Part shown: positions 45,419 to 55,139 of the stretch, piece by piece | How positions within the stretch are numbered: the stretch's first letter is position 1 | Layout: each line of letters starts with the position of its first letter | Assembly (NCBI GenBank): GCA_020848655.1 | Contig: JADLHU010000115.1 | Location: 11,899 to 75,898 of the forward strand | Reading direction: 5' to 3' | DNA length: 64,000 nucleotides | Origin: Novosphingobium sp. | Lineage (GTDB): Bacteria > Pseudomonadota > Alphaproteobacteria > Sphingomonadales > Sphingomonadaceae | Position numbers and translations under genes: made by a program | The notes under the pieces: generated by a model | Database searches by the model: none | What the model was told of the DNA's origin: nothing | The model's input: only the letters and a program-made list of their open reading frames with translations

Positions 45419-48040
45419 GTGAATGAGATGATATTGCGCAGTGATGGTTCCCTTCCCGGCTTGTCTGCCCGGTTTTCCGGCATGTTGCCGTGTATCTGCG
45501 CTGTCCTGGCCATGGCCATTGGCGGCGGCGTGCTGGCGGGCTGGTTGCTGTCGCCGCAATGGTTGCGCGCCGTGTCCCCGATCCATGTTCCGATGAACCC
45601 GCTCACCGCCGTCTGCCTGATCCTGGGCGGCGCGGCGATCGCGATCCAGAGTGACGATCGCGGGCGCCTGGTCATGCTGCTTGGCGGCGCAGTTGCGCTG
45701 GGAGGGCTTTGGAAGTTCGCGGAAATCGGCATGGGCCTGCCCGCGCTCGACGGGGTGCTGTTCGCCGATCAACTGGATGGCGCGCCGGGTTCGATACCCA
45801 GCCGCATGGCTCCGAACACCGCGCTGGGGCTGGTCCTGGCGGGGGCAGCGCTGCTGCTGCTGCGCGCGCGCGGCCCGGCGGCGCGGATGGCTTCGCAATT
45901 CTGCGCGATCAGCCTGCTGCTGCTGCTGATCCTGGCGATGACCGGCTATCTTTTCGATCTGGAGCCGCTGCGCAAGGTGGCGTTCTACACCGCGATGAAG
46001 CCGGAAACGGTTCTGGGGCTGGGCATGATCGCGATCGGCGCACTGGCGCGCACGCGCGGCGGCGGGATGATCGCGCTGCTGCGCGACAATGGCCCGGCGG
46101 GCGCGATCTGTCGCCTCATCCTGCCGTTGACGCTGGCCGCGCCGCTGGTTGCCGGCTTGTTGCGCCTGTGGGGGCAAAAGCAGGGGTACTTTTCGGAACA
46201 GACCGCCATCGCGCTGCAAGTGACTGTGCAGGCCGCGTTGACCCTGGCCTTGCTGATGGCCAGCGTCATCGCGCTGGACCGCAGCGATCGCGCGCGCCGC
46301 GCCCGCGAACGTGCGCTGCGCGAAAGCGAGCAGTTCAACCGCCTGATCGCCGCGACCAATCCCGATAGCATTTGCCTGCTCGACGAAGATGGCCTGATCG
46401 GCTTCGCCAACGAGGCGGCGGTGTCCATGAGCGGGCGTTCCATCGGCGAGATCGTCGGCCAGCGCTGGGGCTATGGCTTCGATGCGGTAACGCGCGATCA
46501 GCGCGATACCGCGCTGGCGGCAGCGCGCGAAGGCGGCGTCGGGCGGCTTACGGTGCGCATCGCGCGTGCGCAGGGCACCGTGTCATGGTTCGATTCGCTG
46601 ATCTCGCGCCTGCCGTCCGATCACGACTGGCCCTTCCGCTTCCTCGTCGTGTCGCGTGATGTCACCGACAAGCGCAACAGCGAGGAACGCGATAAGTGGA
46701 AGGCGACGCATGACGCGCTGACCGAGCTGCCCAACCGGACCAGCTTTCAGGAACAGCTCGATTATCGCATCGCCACGGAAAGCGGCGGCGGCTTTGCCGT
46801 GCTGCTGATCGATATCGATAACTTCAAACTGGTCAACGACACGCTGGGCCACGATGCCGGCGATGCCCTGCTGCGCAGCGTCGCGCGCCGGATCACGCAT
46901 GCGGTGCGCGATTGCGACGTGGTATCGCGCGTGGCGGGGGATGAATTCGCGGTGCTGCTGGACAGCGTGCGCAGCGAACAGGGTGCGCTGGCCATTGCCG
47001 AACGGATCATCGACAGTTTCCGCGATCCCTGGGTCCACAAGAGCCGGATCGCCGATTGCCGGATCAGCGTGGGCGTGGCGCTGGCTTCGCGGCACGGTCG
47101 CAGCGGGCCGGAACTGCTGAAGAACGCCGATATCGCGCTGTTCGCGGCGAAGGCGCGCGGAAAGGGCCAGATCGCGGTGTTCCGCAGCGGCATGAAGGCG
47201 GCCGTGCAGCGCCGTACCCGGCAGATTGAACTGGCGCGCGAGGCGCTGCACCAGAACCTGATTGTGCCCTATTACCAGCCCAAGGTGGCGCTGGCTTCGG
47301 GCCGGTTGGCGGGATTCGAGGCCTTGCTGCGCTGGCGGCACCGGCAGCGTGGGGTGCAGTTGCCCGCGACCATCGCCGCCGCGTTCGAGGATCTCGAACT
47401 GGCGGGGGAAATCACCGACCGCATGCTGGAGCAGGTGATCGCGGATATGACGCGCTGGCTGGCCCAGGATGTCCGCTTCGGCCACGTCGCGATCAATCTT
47501 ACGGCTGCCGACTTGCGCCAGCACGATTTCGCCGAGCGGTTGATCGCCCGGCTTGATGCCAATGCCATCCCGCGCTGCCACTTGCAGGTGGAAGTGACCG
47601 AAACGGTGTTCCTGGGGCGCGGGGCCGAATATGTGGAGCGCGCGCTCAAGACGCTGAACGCCGCCGGCATTCGCGTGGCGCTGGACGATTTCGGCACCGG
47701 TTATGCCTCGCTCTCGCATCTCAAGCAGTTCCCGGTCGATATCGTGAAGATCGACCGCTCGTTCCTGAACGATGTCGAGCACAACGTGCACAACGATGCG
47801 ATCATCAACACCGTCATCAGCCTGGGCCACAGCCTGAACATCGAGATCGTTGCCGAAGGGGTCGAGACATTCGAGCAGGAACGCCGGCTGACCGCGCGTG
47901 GCTGCACCTATGGCCAGGGCTACTATTTCAGCAAGGCGGTGCCGGCGGCGCGGGTGTCGCGCCTGGCCGGCATGACGTTCAGGGGCGAACACACCAAGGA
48001 CGCCGACGAAACGATCGGGAGCGAAAGCGAGGCGGCCTGA
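45419..48040 (+). CDS. Membrane-sensor PAS-GGDEF-EAL protein
   Basis: Multiple TM segments, PAS, 'HDALT.LPNR', AGDEF, EAL, 'DDFGTGYAS', 'KID', 'EGVE'; start uncertain. Confidence 0.92.
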   Translation: MNEMILRSDGSLPGLSARFSGMLPCICAVLAMAIGGGVLAGWLLSPQWLRAVSPIHVPMNPLTAVCLILGGAAIAIQSDDRGRLVMLLGGAVALGGLWKFAEIGMGLPALDGVLFADQLDGAPGSIPSRMAPNTALGLVLAGAALLLLRARGPAARMASQFCAISLLLLLILAMTGYLFDLEPLRKVAFYTAMKPETVLGLGMIAIGALARTRGGGMIALLRDNGPAGAICRLILPLTLAAPLVAGLLRLWGQKQGYFSEQTAIALQVTVQAALTLALLMASVIALDRSDRARRARERALRESEQFNRLIAATNPDSICLLDEDGLIGFANEAAVSMSGRSIGEIVGQRWGYGFDAVTRDQRDTALAAAREGGVGRLTVRIARAQGTVSWFDSLISRLPSDHDWPFRFLVVSRDVTDKRNSEERDKWKATHDALTELPNRTSFQEQLDYRIATESGGGFAVLLIDIDNFKLVNDTLGHDAGDALLRSVARRITHAVRDCDVVSRVAGDEFAVLLDSVRSEQGALAIAERIIDSFRDPWVHKSRIADCRISVGVALASRHGRSGPELLKNADIALFAAKARGKGQIAVFRSGMKAAVQRRTRQIELAREALHQNLIVPYYQPKVALASGRLAGFEALLRWRHRQRGVQLPATIAAAFEDLELAGEITDRMLEQVIADMTRWLAQDVRFGHVAINLTAADLRQHDFAERLIARLDANAIPRCHLQVEVTETVFLGRGAEYVERALKTLNAAGIRVALDDFGTGYASLSHLKQFPVDIVKIDRSFLNDVEHNVHNDAIINTVISLGHSLNIEIVAEGVETFEQERRLTARGCTYGQGYYFSKAVPAARVSRLAGMTFRGEHTKDADETIGSESEAA

Positions 48041-48153
48041 CGCGCGCCGCGCGCTGATGGTCCGCCTATTCCAGATCCATTGGTCGCAAATTGTCGCAAG
48101 GCGGTTCGCCAGGCTTGCGCGCGATGCAAGGGCGCGTGAATAGAGGCCCGGAT

Positions 48154-49377
48154 GTGATCGAGGCGGCATTGGGGCGACTGGCTATCTTCAGGAATCTGGC
48201 TGAACCGAGCACGGGGCTGCGCCTGGCGCTTGGCTGTGCGGCGCTGGGCGCGGCGGTGACGCTGGCGGGGTGCGGCGGCGCCACGCGCGATGAAGGCCGG
48301 CGGGGATCGCCGGACGTGGGCTTCGTGGTGGTGCAGCCCACCCCCGTACCGATCATGACCCAGCTTGGCGGGCGTACCGTGGCCTTCGAAAGCAGCGAAG
48401 TGCGCCCGCAGGTCAGCGGGATCGTGCAGAAGCGCCTGTTCACCGAAGGCGCGCTGGTGCGCGCTGGCCAGCCGCTGTTCCAGATCGATCCCAGCCTCTA
48501 TCAGGCTGCCGTCAACCAGGCGGCGGCCAACCTGCAAAGCGCGCGCGCCAGTGCCGAGGCGGCCAGCGCGAAGGCCCAGCGCTATCGCCCGCTCGCCGCG
48601 ATGCAGGCAGTGGCGGAGCAGGACTATACCGATGCCCTGGCCGCCGCGCGGCAGGCGCGCGCCGCTGTCGCGCAGAGCCAGGCGGCGCTGGATACCGCGC
48701 GGATCAACTTGCGCTTCACCACGGTACCGGCCCCGATCGGCGGACGCATCGGCCGCTCGCTGTTTACCGTGGGCGCGCTTGTCGGCGCCAGCCAGTCCGG
48801 CCCGCTGGCGGTGATCCAGCGGCTCGATCCGATCAACGTCGATATGCAGCAGTCCAGCGCCGAACTGGTGGCGATGAAGAACGCGCTGGCCCGGGGCGGA
48901 GCCGCCGCCGGCAGCGCCGCCGTGCGCCTGAAGCTGGAAGACGGCAGCGATTATGCCTATCCCGGCACCGTGCAGTTTTCCGAAGTGACCGTGAACGAGG
49001 CGACCGGCACGGTCACGCTGCGCGCCCGCTTCCCCAATCCGCAAGGCTTGCTGCTGCCCGGCATGTTCGTGCAGGCGGTGTTCGAACAGGCCGTGCAGCA
49101 GGGCGCCTATCTGGTGCCGCAGCCGGCACTGGCCCGTGATGTCAACGGCGATGCTTTCGTCTTCGTGGTCGGCCCCGGCAACAAGGCCGTGCGTCGCGTG
49201 GTGAAGGCGGATCGCACGCAAGGCGGCAACTGGGTGGTTACGGCGGGGCTTTCGCCTGGTGACAGGGTGATCACCCAGGGCACCGCCGGTCTCAAGCAGG
49301 GCATGCCGGTGCGCCCGGTTGCCGCCGGCACGCCGCAGCAGGTGCGGGCGCGTGCTTCCGGCAAGCCCGCCGGCTGA
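48154..49377 (+). CDS. RND efflux membrane fusion protein (AcrA/MexA-like)
   Basis: LAGC lipobox, 'EVRPQVSGI', 'API.GRIG', 'FPNP...LLPGMFV'; start uncertain. Confidence 0.9.
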   Translation: MIEAALGRLAIFRNLAEPSTGLRLALGCAALGAAVTLAGCGGATRDEGRRGSPDVGFVVVQPTPVPIMTQLGGRTVAFESSEVRPQVSGIVQKRLFTEGALVRAGQPLFQIDPSLYQAAVNQAAANLQSARASAEAASAKAQRYRPLAAMQAVAEQDYTDALAAARQARAAVAQSQAALDTARINLRFTTVPAPIGGRIGRSLFTVGALVGASQSGPLAVIQRLDPINVDMQQSSAELVAMKNALARGGAAAGSAAVRLKLEDGSDYAYPGTVQFSEVTVNEATGTVTLRARFPNPQGLLLPGMFVQAVFEQAVQQGAYLVPQPALARDVNGDAFVFVVGPGNKAVRRVVKADRTQGGNWVVTAGLSPGDRVITQGTAGLKQGMPVRPVAAGTPQQVRARASGKPAG

Positions 49378-49386
49378 CCCCGCCCG

Positions 49387-52300
49387 ATGTCGCGCATCTT
49401 CATCGACCGGCCGATCTTCGCCTGGGTCCTGGCCATCATCGTGATGGTTGGCGGGATCGGGGCGCTGTTCGGACTGCCGATCGCGCAATATCCCGATATC
49501 GCGCCCACCCAGATCAATATCCGCGCCACCTATCCCGGTGCCAACGCGGCGACGCTGGAAAACAGCGTCACCCAAGTGCTGGAACAGTCGCTGACCGGGC
49601 TGGACGGGATGCTCTATTTCAGCTCGCAGTCCAGTTCGCGCGGGCAAACGAACGTGACGGTGATCTTCGCCAAGGGCACCGATCCCGATATCGCGCAAGT
49701 CCAGGTGCAGAACCAGGTGCAGACCGCGATCACGCGCCTGCCGCAGCCGGTGCAGCAGCAGGGCGTGCGCGTTACCAAGTCGAACCCGGATCAGTTGCTG
49801 CTTGCCGTGATCTATGACGAGAGCGACCGGCGCAGCAACCAGGACGTGTCGGACTATCTGTCGTCGAACCTGCAAGATCCGCTGTCGCGCGTCGAAGGGG
49901 TGGGCGATGTCAATGTCTTCGGCAGCCCGCATGCGATGCGCATCTGGCTCGATCCGCAGCGGCTCCAGGCGGTATCGCTGATGCCCGGTGACGTGGTGTC
50001 CGCGATCCAGGCCCAGAATTCCGAAGTGGCGGCGGGCGAAGTCGGCGGGTTGCCGGCGCCAGCGGGGCAGATGCTCAACGCCATCGTTACCGCTCAGTCG
50101 CGCCTGCAGACGGTTGAGCAGTTCGAGGCCATCGTGCTCAAGACCCTGCCCGATGGGGCCAGCGTGCGGCTGAAGGACGTGGCGCGGGTGGAACTGGGCG
50201 CGGAAAACTATTCCTCGGCGGCGCGTTTCGACGGCCACCCCAGCGCCGGCGTCGCCATCTCGCTGGCGCCCGGCGCGGATGCGCTGAAGACGGCCAGGCT
50301 GGTCAAGGCGAAAGTGGCCGAACTGGCCGCCGATTTCCCTGAAGGCCTGCGTTACGACTACGTCAACGACACCACCGCCTTCATCAAGCTTTCGGTCGAG
50401 GAAGTGATCATCGCGCTGGTCGAAGCCATCGTGCTGGTGGTGATCGTAATGTTCGTGTTCCTGCAAAGCTGGCGCGCCACGCTGGTGCCGGCGATCGCCG
50501 TGCCGGTGGTGCTGCTGGGCACCTTCGCGGTGTTCTATCTGGCCGGGTTCTCGATCAACACGCTCACCATGTTCGGCCTTGTGCTCGCCATCGGGCTGCT
50601 GGTCGATGACGCGATCGTGGTGGTCGAGAATGTCGAGCGGCTGATGCACGAAAACCCCGGCATGACCCCGCGCGAAGCGACGATCGAATCGATGCGCGAA
50701 ATCCAGGTGGCGCTGGTCGCCATCGCGCTGGTGCTGTCGGCGGTGTTCCTGCCGATGGCCTTCTTTGGCGGATCGACCGGGGTGATCTATCGCCAGTTCG
50801 CCGTGACGATCATCGCGGCGATGATGCTGTCGGTGCTGGTCGCGCTGATCCTCAGCCCGGCGCTGACCGCCACGCTGCTGCGCGCGCCCAGCGCCGACGG
50901 CGCGTCCGAGGCCAACTGGATCGACCGGCGCCTGCCAGGGGTCTCGCGCGGTCTGCATCGCGGGCAGGCGTGGTTCAATCGCGGTTTCGCCGCGCTGGTG
51001 GAGCGTTATCGCGGCGCGGTGGTCAAGGTGGTTGATCGCAAGTGGCGCTTCGTGGGGCTTTACGCGCTGATCCTGGCGCTGCTCGTGGTGCTGTTCGCAC
51101 GCCTGCCGACCAGCTTCCTGCCGATGGAGGACCAAGGCGTTGTCGCGTTGCAGTTCCGCCTGCCGGCAGGCGCGACGCAAGCCCGCACCCGCGAAGTGCA
51201 GGACGCGATCAACCGCTATTTCATGCAGGATGAAAAGGCCAACGCCCGCGCCATCTTCACGGTTGCCGGCGGCGGTGGCGGCGGCGGCGCCGTTGGGCAG
51301 AACACCGGGCAGGGCAACATCAACTTGCGCGACTGGAAGGAACGGCCCGGCACGGCGAACAGCGCCTCGGCGGTGGCCGAACGCGCGACGGGTGCGTTCA
51401 AGGCGCTGCGCGATGCGCAAGTCTTCGTGCTGGTGCCGCCCGCCGTGCGTGGGCTGGGCAACAGCGCCGGCTTCAATCTCCAGTTCCAGAACGCCAGCGG
51501 GATGAGCCGCGAGCAGTTCCTGGCGGCGCGCGACAGGCTGATGCAGATGGCCAGCGCCGATCGCCGGCTCGTTTCGGTGCGCCCGGCCGACCTGCCCGAC
51601 GTGGCGACGCTGAAAGTCGATATGGAACCGCAGCGGCTGACCGCCTATGGCATCGCGCCGGCCGATGCCAATGCCACGCTGGCGACCGCGTGGGGCGGGC
51701 GCTATGTCAACGATTTCGTCGATCAGGGGCGGGTCAAGCGGGTCTACGTGCAAGGCGATGCGCCCTATCGCGCCGACCCGGAAGGGCTGGGCCAGTGGTA
51801 CGTGCGCACCGCCAGCGGCGAGATGGCACCCTTCTCAGCCTTCGCCAGCATCGGCTGGTCCACCGCTCCGGCCAGTCTTTCCCGCTTCCAGGGCCTGCCC
51901 GCCGCCGAGATCCAGGGGCAGGCCGCGCCCGGCGTCAGTTCGGGCGAGGCGATGGCCGCGATCGAGGAAATGGCGGCGAAGATCCCCGGCACCAGCATCG
52001 GCTGGTCTGGCGCATCTTATGAGGAACGGATTTCGGCCGGCCAGGCGCCCCTGCTTTATGGGCTGTCGCTGCTGGTCGTGTTCCTGTGTCTGGCCGCGCT
52101 CTATGAAAGCTGGTCGATCCCTGTCGCGGTGTTGCTGGTGATCCCGGTGGGGCTTGTCGGCGCGGTGCTGGCGGTGACCTTGCGCGGGCTGGAAAACGAC
52201 GTGTTCCTGCAGATCGGCTTGCTGACCACGATGGGCCTTGCGGCCAAGAACGCCATCCTGATGATCGAGTTCGCCGAACAGGCGGAGCGGCAGGGCGCGC

Positions 52301-52581
52301 GCGTGATCGATGCGGTCCTCGAAGCCGCGCGCATCCGTCTGCGGCCGATCCTGATGACCAGCTTCGCCTTCATCTTCGGCGTGCTGCCGCTGGCGCTGGC
52401 GACGGGGGCGGGGGCCAACAGCCGCGTTGCCATCGGCACGTCGGTGATCGGCGGGATGCTGACCGCGGCGCTGCTGGCGATCTTCTTCATCCCGCTGTTC
52501 TTCGTTCTGGTGCGGCGTGGGGTGCGCGATGGCGTGGCGGCGCTGCGCCAACGCTTCGGGCGCAAGGGGCAGCGGGCATGA
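49387..52581 (+). CDS. RND efflux permease (HAE1, AcrB/MexB-like)
   Basis: 'FIDRPIFAWV', 'GLLVDDAIVVVEN', 'KNAIL', 'RLRPILMTS'. Confidence 0.96.
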   Translation: MSRIFIDRPIFAWVLAIIVMVGGIGALFGLPIAQYPDIAPTQINIRATYPGANAATLENSVTQVLEQSLTGLDGMLYFSSQSSSRGQTNVTVIFAKGTDPDIAQVQVQNQVQTAITRLPQPVQQQGVRVTKSNPDQLLLAVIYDESDRRSNQDVSDYLSSNLQDPLSRVEGVGDVNVFGSPHAMRIWLDPQRLQAVSLMPGDVVSAIQAQNSEVAAGEVGGLPAPAGQMLNAIVTAQSRLQTVEQFEAIVLKTLPDGASVRLKDVARVELGAENYSSAARFDGHPSAGVAISLAPGADALKTARLVKAKVAELAADFPEGLRYDYVNDTTAFIKLSVEEVIIALVEAIVLVVIVMFVFLQSWRATLVPAIAVPVVLLGTFAVFYLAGFSINTLTMFGLVLAIGLLVDDAIVVVENVERLMHENPGMTPREATIESMREIQVALVAIALVLSAVFLPMAFFGGSTGVIYRQFAVTIIAAMMLSVLVALILSPALTATLLRAPSADGASEANWIDRRLPGVSRGLHRGQAWFNRGFAALVERYRGAVVKVVDRKWRFVGLYALILALLVVLFARLPTSFLPMEDQGVVALQFRLPAGATQARTREVQDAINRYFMQDEKANARAIFTVAGGGGGGGAVGQNTGQGNINLRDWKERPGTANSASAVAERATGAFKALRDAQVFVLVPPAVRGLGNSAGFNLQFQNASGMSREQFLAARDRLMQMASADRRLVSVRPADLPDVATLKVDMEPQRLTAYGIAPADANATLATAWGGRYVNDFVDQGRVKRVYVQGDAPYRADPEGLGQWYVRTASGEMAPFSAFASIGWSTAPASLSRFQGLPAAEIQGQAAPGVSSGEAMAAIEEMAAKIPGTSIGWSGASYEERISAGQAPLLYGLSLLVVFLCLAALYESWSIPVAVLLVIPVGLVGAVLAVTLRGLENDVFLQIGLLTTMGLAAKNAILMIEFAEQAERQGARVIDAVLEAARIRLRPILMTSFAFIFGVLPLALATGAGANSRVAIGTSVIGGMLTAALLAIFFIPLFFVLVRRGVRDGVAALRQRFGRKGQRA

Positions 52582-53966
52582 AGCGGTTCGCCCCGGTGCT
52601 GCTTGCGCTGGCGCTGCCGGCCTGCTCGATGGCGCCGAAATATGCTCGCCCCACCGCGCCGGTGCCGTCATCGTGGCCGGTGGGCGATGCCTATCCGGCG
52701 CAAGACGAAGCTACGGTGCCCGCCGTGTCCTATCGCGAGATCTTCCGCGATCCGCGCTTGCAGGCCCTGGTCGAACAGGCGCTGGCGGGCAATCGCGATC
52801 TGCGCGTCGCCGCCGCCAATATCGCCGCCGCCCGCGCGCAAGTGCGCGTCCAGCGCGCCGCGCAGTTTCCCGAAATCGCCGCCACCGCCAGCGCCCGGCG
52901 CGATAGCGGCGCGAATGGTCCCGCCAGTCGCGGCTATGCCCTAGACGCCGGGATCAGCGCGTTCGAACTGGACCTGTTCGGCCGACTGGCATCGGCCACC
53001 GAAGCCGAGCGGCAACGCGCGCTGGGCACCGAGGCGGCGGCGCGTACCGTGCGGCTGGGCCTCGTTGCCGATCTCGCCACCGCCTGGGCCAGTCATGCCG
53101 CCGATGCCGAACTGCTGCGCATCGCGCAGGACACCGCCGCCAGCGCCCGGCGCAGCGTGGAATTGACGCGCGCCCGGCTGGACGGCGGCGTCGCGCCGCG
53201 CACCGATCTGCGGCAGGCGGAACAGATCCTCGCCACGGCCGAGGCGGATGTCGCCGCGCAGACGACCGCGCTGGCGCAGGATCGCAATCTTGTGCAACTG
53301 CTGGTCGGCGGGCCGTTCGATGCGGCGCTGTTGCCCGATCGGCTGGATGACGTGGTGGCTTCCATCGCGGTGCTGCCCGCCGGCACCGGGTCCAGCGTGC
53401 TGCTGCGCCGGCCCGATGTGATCGAGGCGGAATATGCGTTGCGCGCCGCCAATGCCGATATCGGCGTGGCGCGTGCCGAACTGTTCCCGCGCATCACGCT
53501 GACCGGGCTGGCCGGATTCGCCAGCGATGCGCTTTCGGCGCTGTTCGATTCGGGTGCATTCCACACCACGGTGGCCGGCGGCGCCAGCCAGGCGATCTTT
53601 TCCGGCGGCGGCGCGCGCGCGGCCGTCGCCGTCAGCCAGGCGCAGCGCGACGCGGCGCTCGCCGCCTATGAGCGCGCGATCCAGACCGCGTTTCGCGAAG
53701 TGGCCGATGCGCTGGCCCGGCAAGGCACCATCGCCGACGAACGGCGCGCATCCGCCCTACGGCTGGCCGCCACCGCCGACACCGCGCGGCTGACCGAAGC
53801 ACGCTATCGCGGCGGGGTGGACAGCTATCTGCAGAACCTTGACGCGCAGCGCAGCCTTTATGCCGCGCGCCAGCGGGATGCCGCCGTGCGGCTGGCGCAA
53901 GTGGTCAACCGCGTGGCGCTCTACCGCGCGCTGGGCGGCGATCAGGCCAGCGGCGGCGGCGAATAG
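52578..53966 (+). CDS. Outer membrane factor lipoprotein (OprM/NodT-like)
   Basis: 'LPAC-SMAPKY.RP', 'FELDLFGR', 'RRPD', 'ALGG'. Confidence 0.94.
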   Translation: MKRFAPVLLALALPACSMAPKYARPTAPVPSSWPVGDAYPAQDEATVPAVSYREIFRDPRLQALVEQALAGNRDLRVAAANIAAARAQVRVQRAAQFPEIAATASARRDSGANGPASRGYALDAGISAFELDLFGRLASATEAERQRALGTEAAARTVRLGLVADLATAWASHAADAELLRIAQDTAASARRSVELTRARLDGGVAPRTDLRQAEQILATAEADVAAQTTALAQDRNLVQLLVGGPFDAALLPDRLDDVVASIAVLPAGTGSSVLLRRPDVIEAEYALRAANADIGVARAELFPRITLTGLAGFASDALSALFDSGAFHTTVAGGASQAIFSGGGARAAVAVSQAQRDAALAAYERAIQTAFREVADALARQGTIADERRASALRLAATADTARLTEARYRGGVDSYLQNLDAQRSLYAARQRDAAVRLAQVVNRVALYRALGGDQASGGGE

Positions 53967-54022
53967 CGCGCCGGTTTGACCGCGCGCGCATTGCGGCGCA
54001 TGATCCGGGTGAGAGGTACGCA

Positions 54023-54976
54023 ATGGTCAAGGACGATCATGTTCACGCCAGCCGGGTGCTCGATGCGGTGCGCTCGCCCAGCAGCGCCGCTGTTTCCTTC
54101 GTCGCGGCATCGTGGTGCCGGTCCGCGCTCCACCATCGACTCGATCCCGAAGCGCACGCACAGCGCGAACTGATAAGCGCCCGCGCGCTGGCGGAACTGC
54201 GCGAAGCGCACCAGCCGCTGCTCGCCGTGGCCGGCCCGGTGCTGGACCAGATGTTCCGCTCCGTCGGGCGGTCGGGCTGCGGGGTGATCTTGTGCGATGC
54301 CGCCGGCGTCGTTCTGGAACGCCGCGCCGGCGCGGGCGACATTGCCGATTTCACCCGTGTCGGCCTTGTCGAAGGGGCAAGCTGGAGCGAGGCCGCGGAA
54401 GGCACCAACGGCATCGGCACTTGCCTGTTCGAAGGCAAGCCAGTGGTCATCCACCGCGACGAGCACTTCGCCAGCCGCAACATCGACATCAGTTGCATGG
54501 ATGCCCCGGTCCATGATCCTCAGGGCCGCCTGGTCGCCGCGCTAGACGTATCGAGCTGCCGCACCGATCACGGCCCGGCCATGGCCGACATGATCGGCGC
54601 GCTGGTGCGTGATGCGGCGCGGCGGATCGAGCGGGACTATTTCTGCAGCCACTACGGCGATGCCCGCATCGTCCTTCTGGGCGATGCGCCGGGCGGGACG
54701 GAACTGCTGGCGGTGGATCGCGACGATCTGGTCATCGGCGCAAGCCGTGCGGCGCGGCTCCGCTTCGGGTTGACCGACGGCGCACTGGAACACCCGCGCC
54801 CGCTTGACCAGTTGATTGGCGGCGATGCCGCGCCGTCGTTCGAACATGGCGACCGCGCGGTGTTGCGCCAGGCGCTGGCGCGCACCGGTGGCAACGCCAG
54901 CCAGGCGGCGCGGCTGCTCGGCATCGGGCGGGCGACGTTCTATCGCCGCATGGCGCGGGCCGGCCTGCACACCTGA
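54023..54976 (+). CDS. GAF plus Fis-HTH transcriptional regulator (AcoR-like, lacking the AAA+ domain)
   Basis: 'SW.RS', 'W.E..EGTNGIGT', C-terminal 'GN.S.AARLLGIGRAT.YR'; only 317 aa, no GAFTGA. Confidence 0.85.
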   Translation: MVKDDHVHASRVLDAVRSPSSAAVSFVAASWCRSALHHRLDPEAHAQRELISARALAELREAHQPLLAVAGPVLDQMFRSVGRSGCGVILCDAAGVVLERRAGAGDIADFTRVGLVEGASWSEAAEGTNGIGTCLFEGKPVVIHRDEHFASRNIDISCMDAPVHDPQGRLVAALDVSSCRTDHGPAMADMIGALVRDAARRIERDYFCSHYGDARIVLLGDAPGGTELLAVDRDDLVIGASRAARLRFGLTDGALEHPRPLDQLIGGDAAPSFEHGDRAVLRQALARTGGNASQAARLLGIGRATFYRRMARAGLHT

Positions 54977-55010
54977 TCGCCGAACGCAATGGGCCACCTG
55001 GCGCCGGCAC

Positions 55011-55030
55011 CTGTCTCGATAGCGAGACAG
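55011..55030. promoter_or_regulatory. Palindromic operator, probably for the adjacent GAF-Fis regulator
   Basis: Perfect inverted repeat CTGTCTCG-ATAG-CGAGACAG, 110 nt upstream of the aldehyde dehydrogenase. Confidence 0.65.
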
Positions 55031-55139
55031 CAACCGGCCGTGATCGCGCGCCCGGTCTTCCCCCCGCGCGCCGCGTGGCGCATCCGTGGCCTGACAGGCC
55101 GGTACAGCCGGCCGTGATCTGGGAACAGGAGAAGACTTC

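Noticed and set aside
47923-51753. 1276-aa minus-strand ORF, and similar ones at 2077-4833, 6296-9028, 23748-26669 and 33401-35800
   Set aside because: Shadow frames opposite well-supported genes.
48154-53966. RND efflux operon as a novel system
   Set aside because: Ordinary AcrAB-OprM-type tripartite pump.
55076-55090. Sigma54 promoter TGGCGC-N5-TGGC before aldB
   Set aside because: Poor -12 element (TGGC rather than TTGC) and the adjacent regulator lacks an AAA+ domain.
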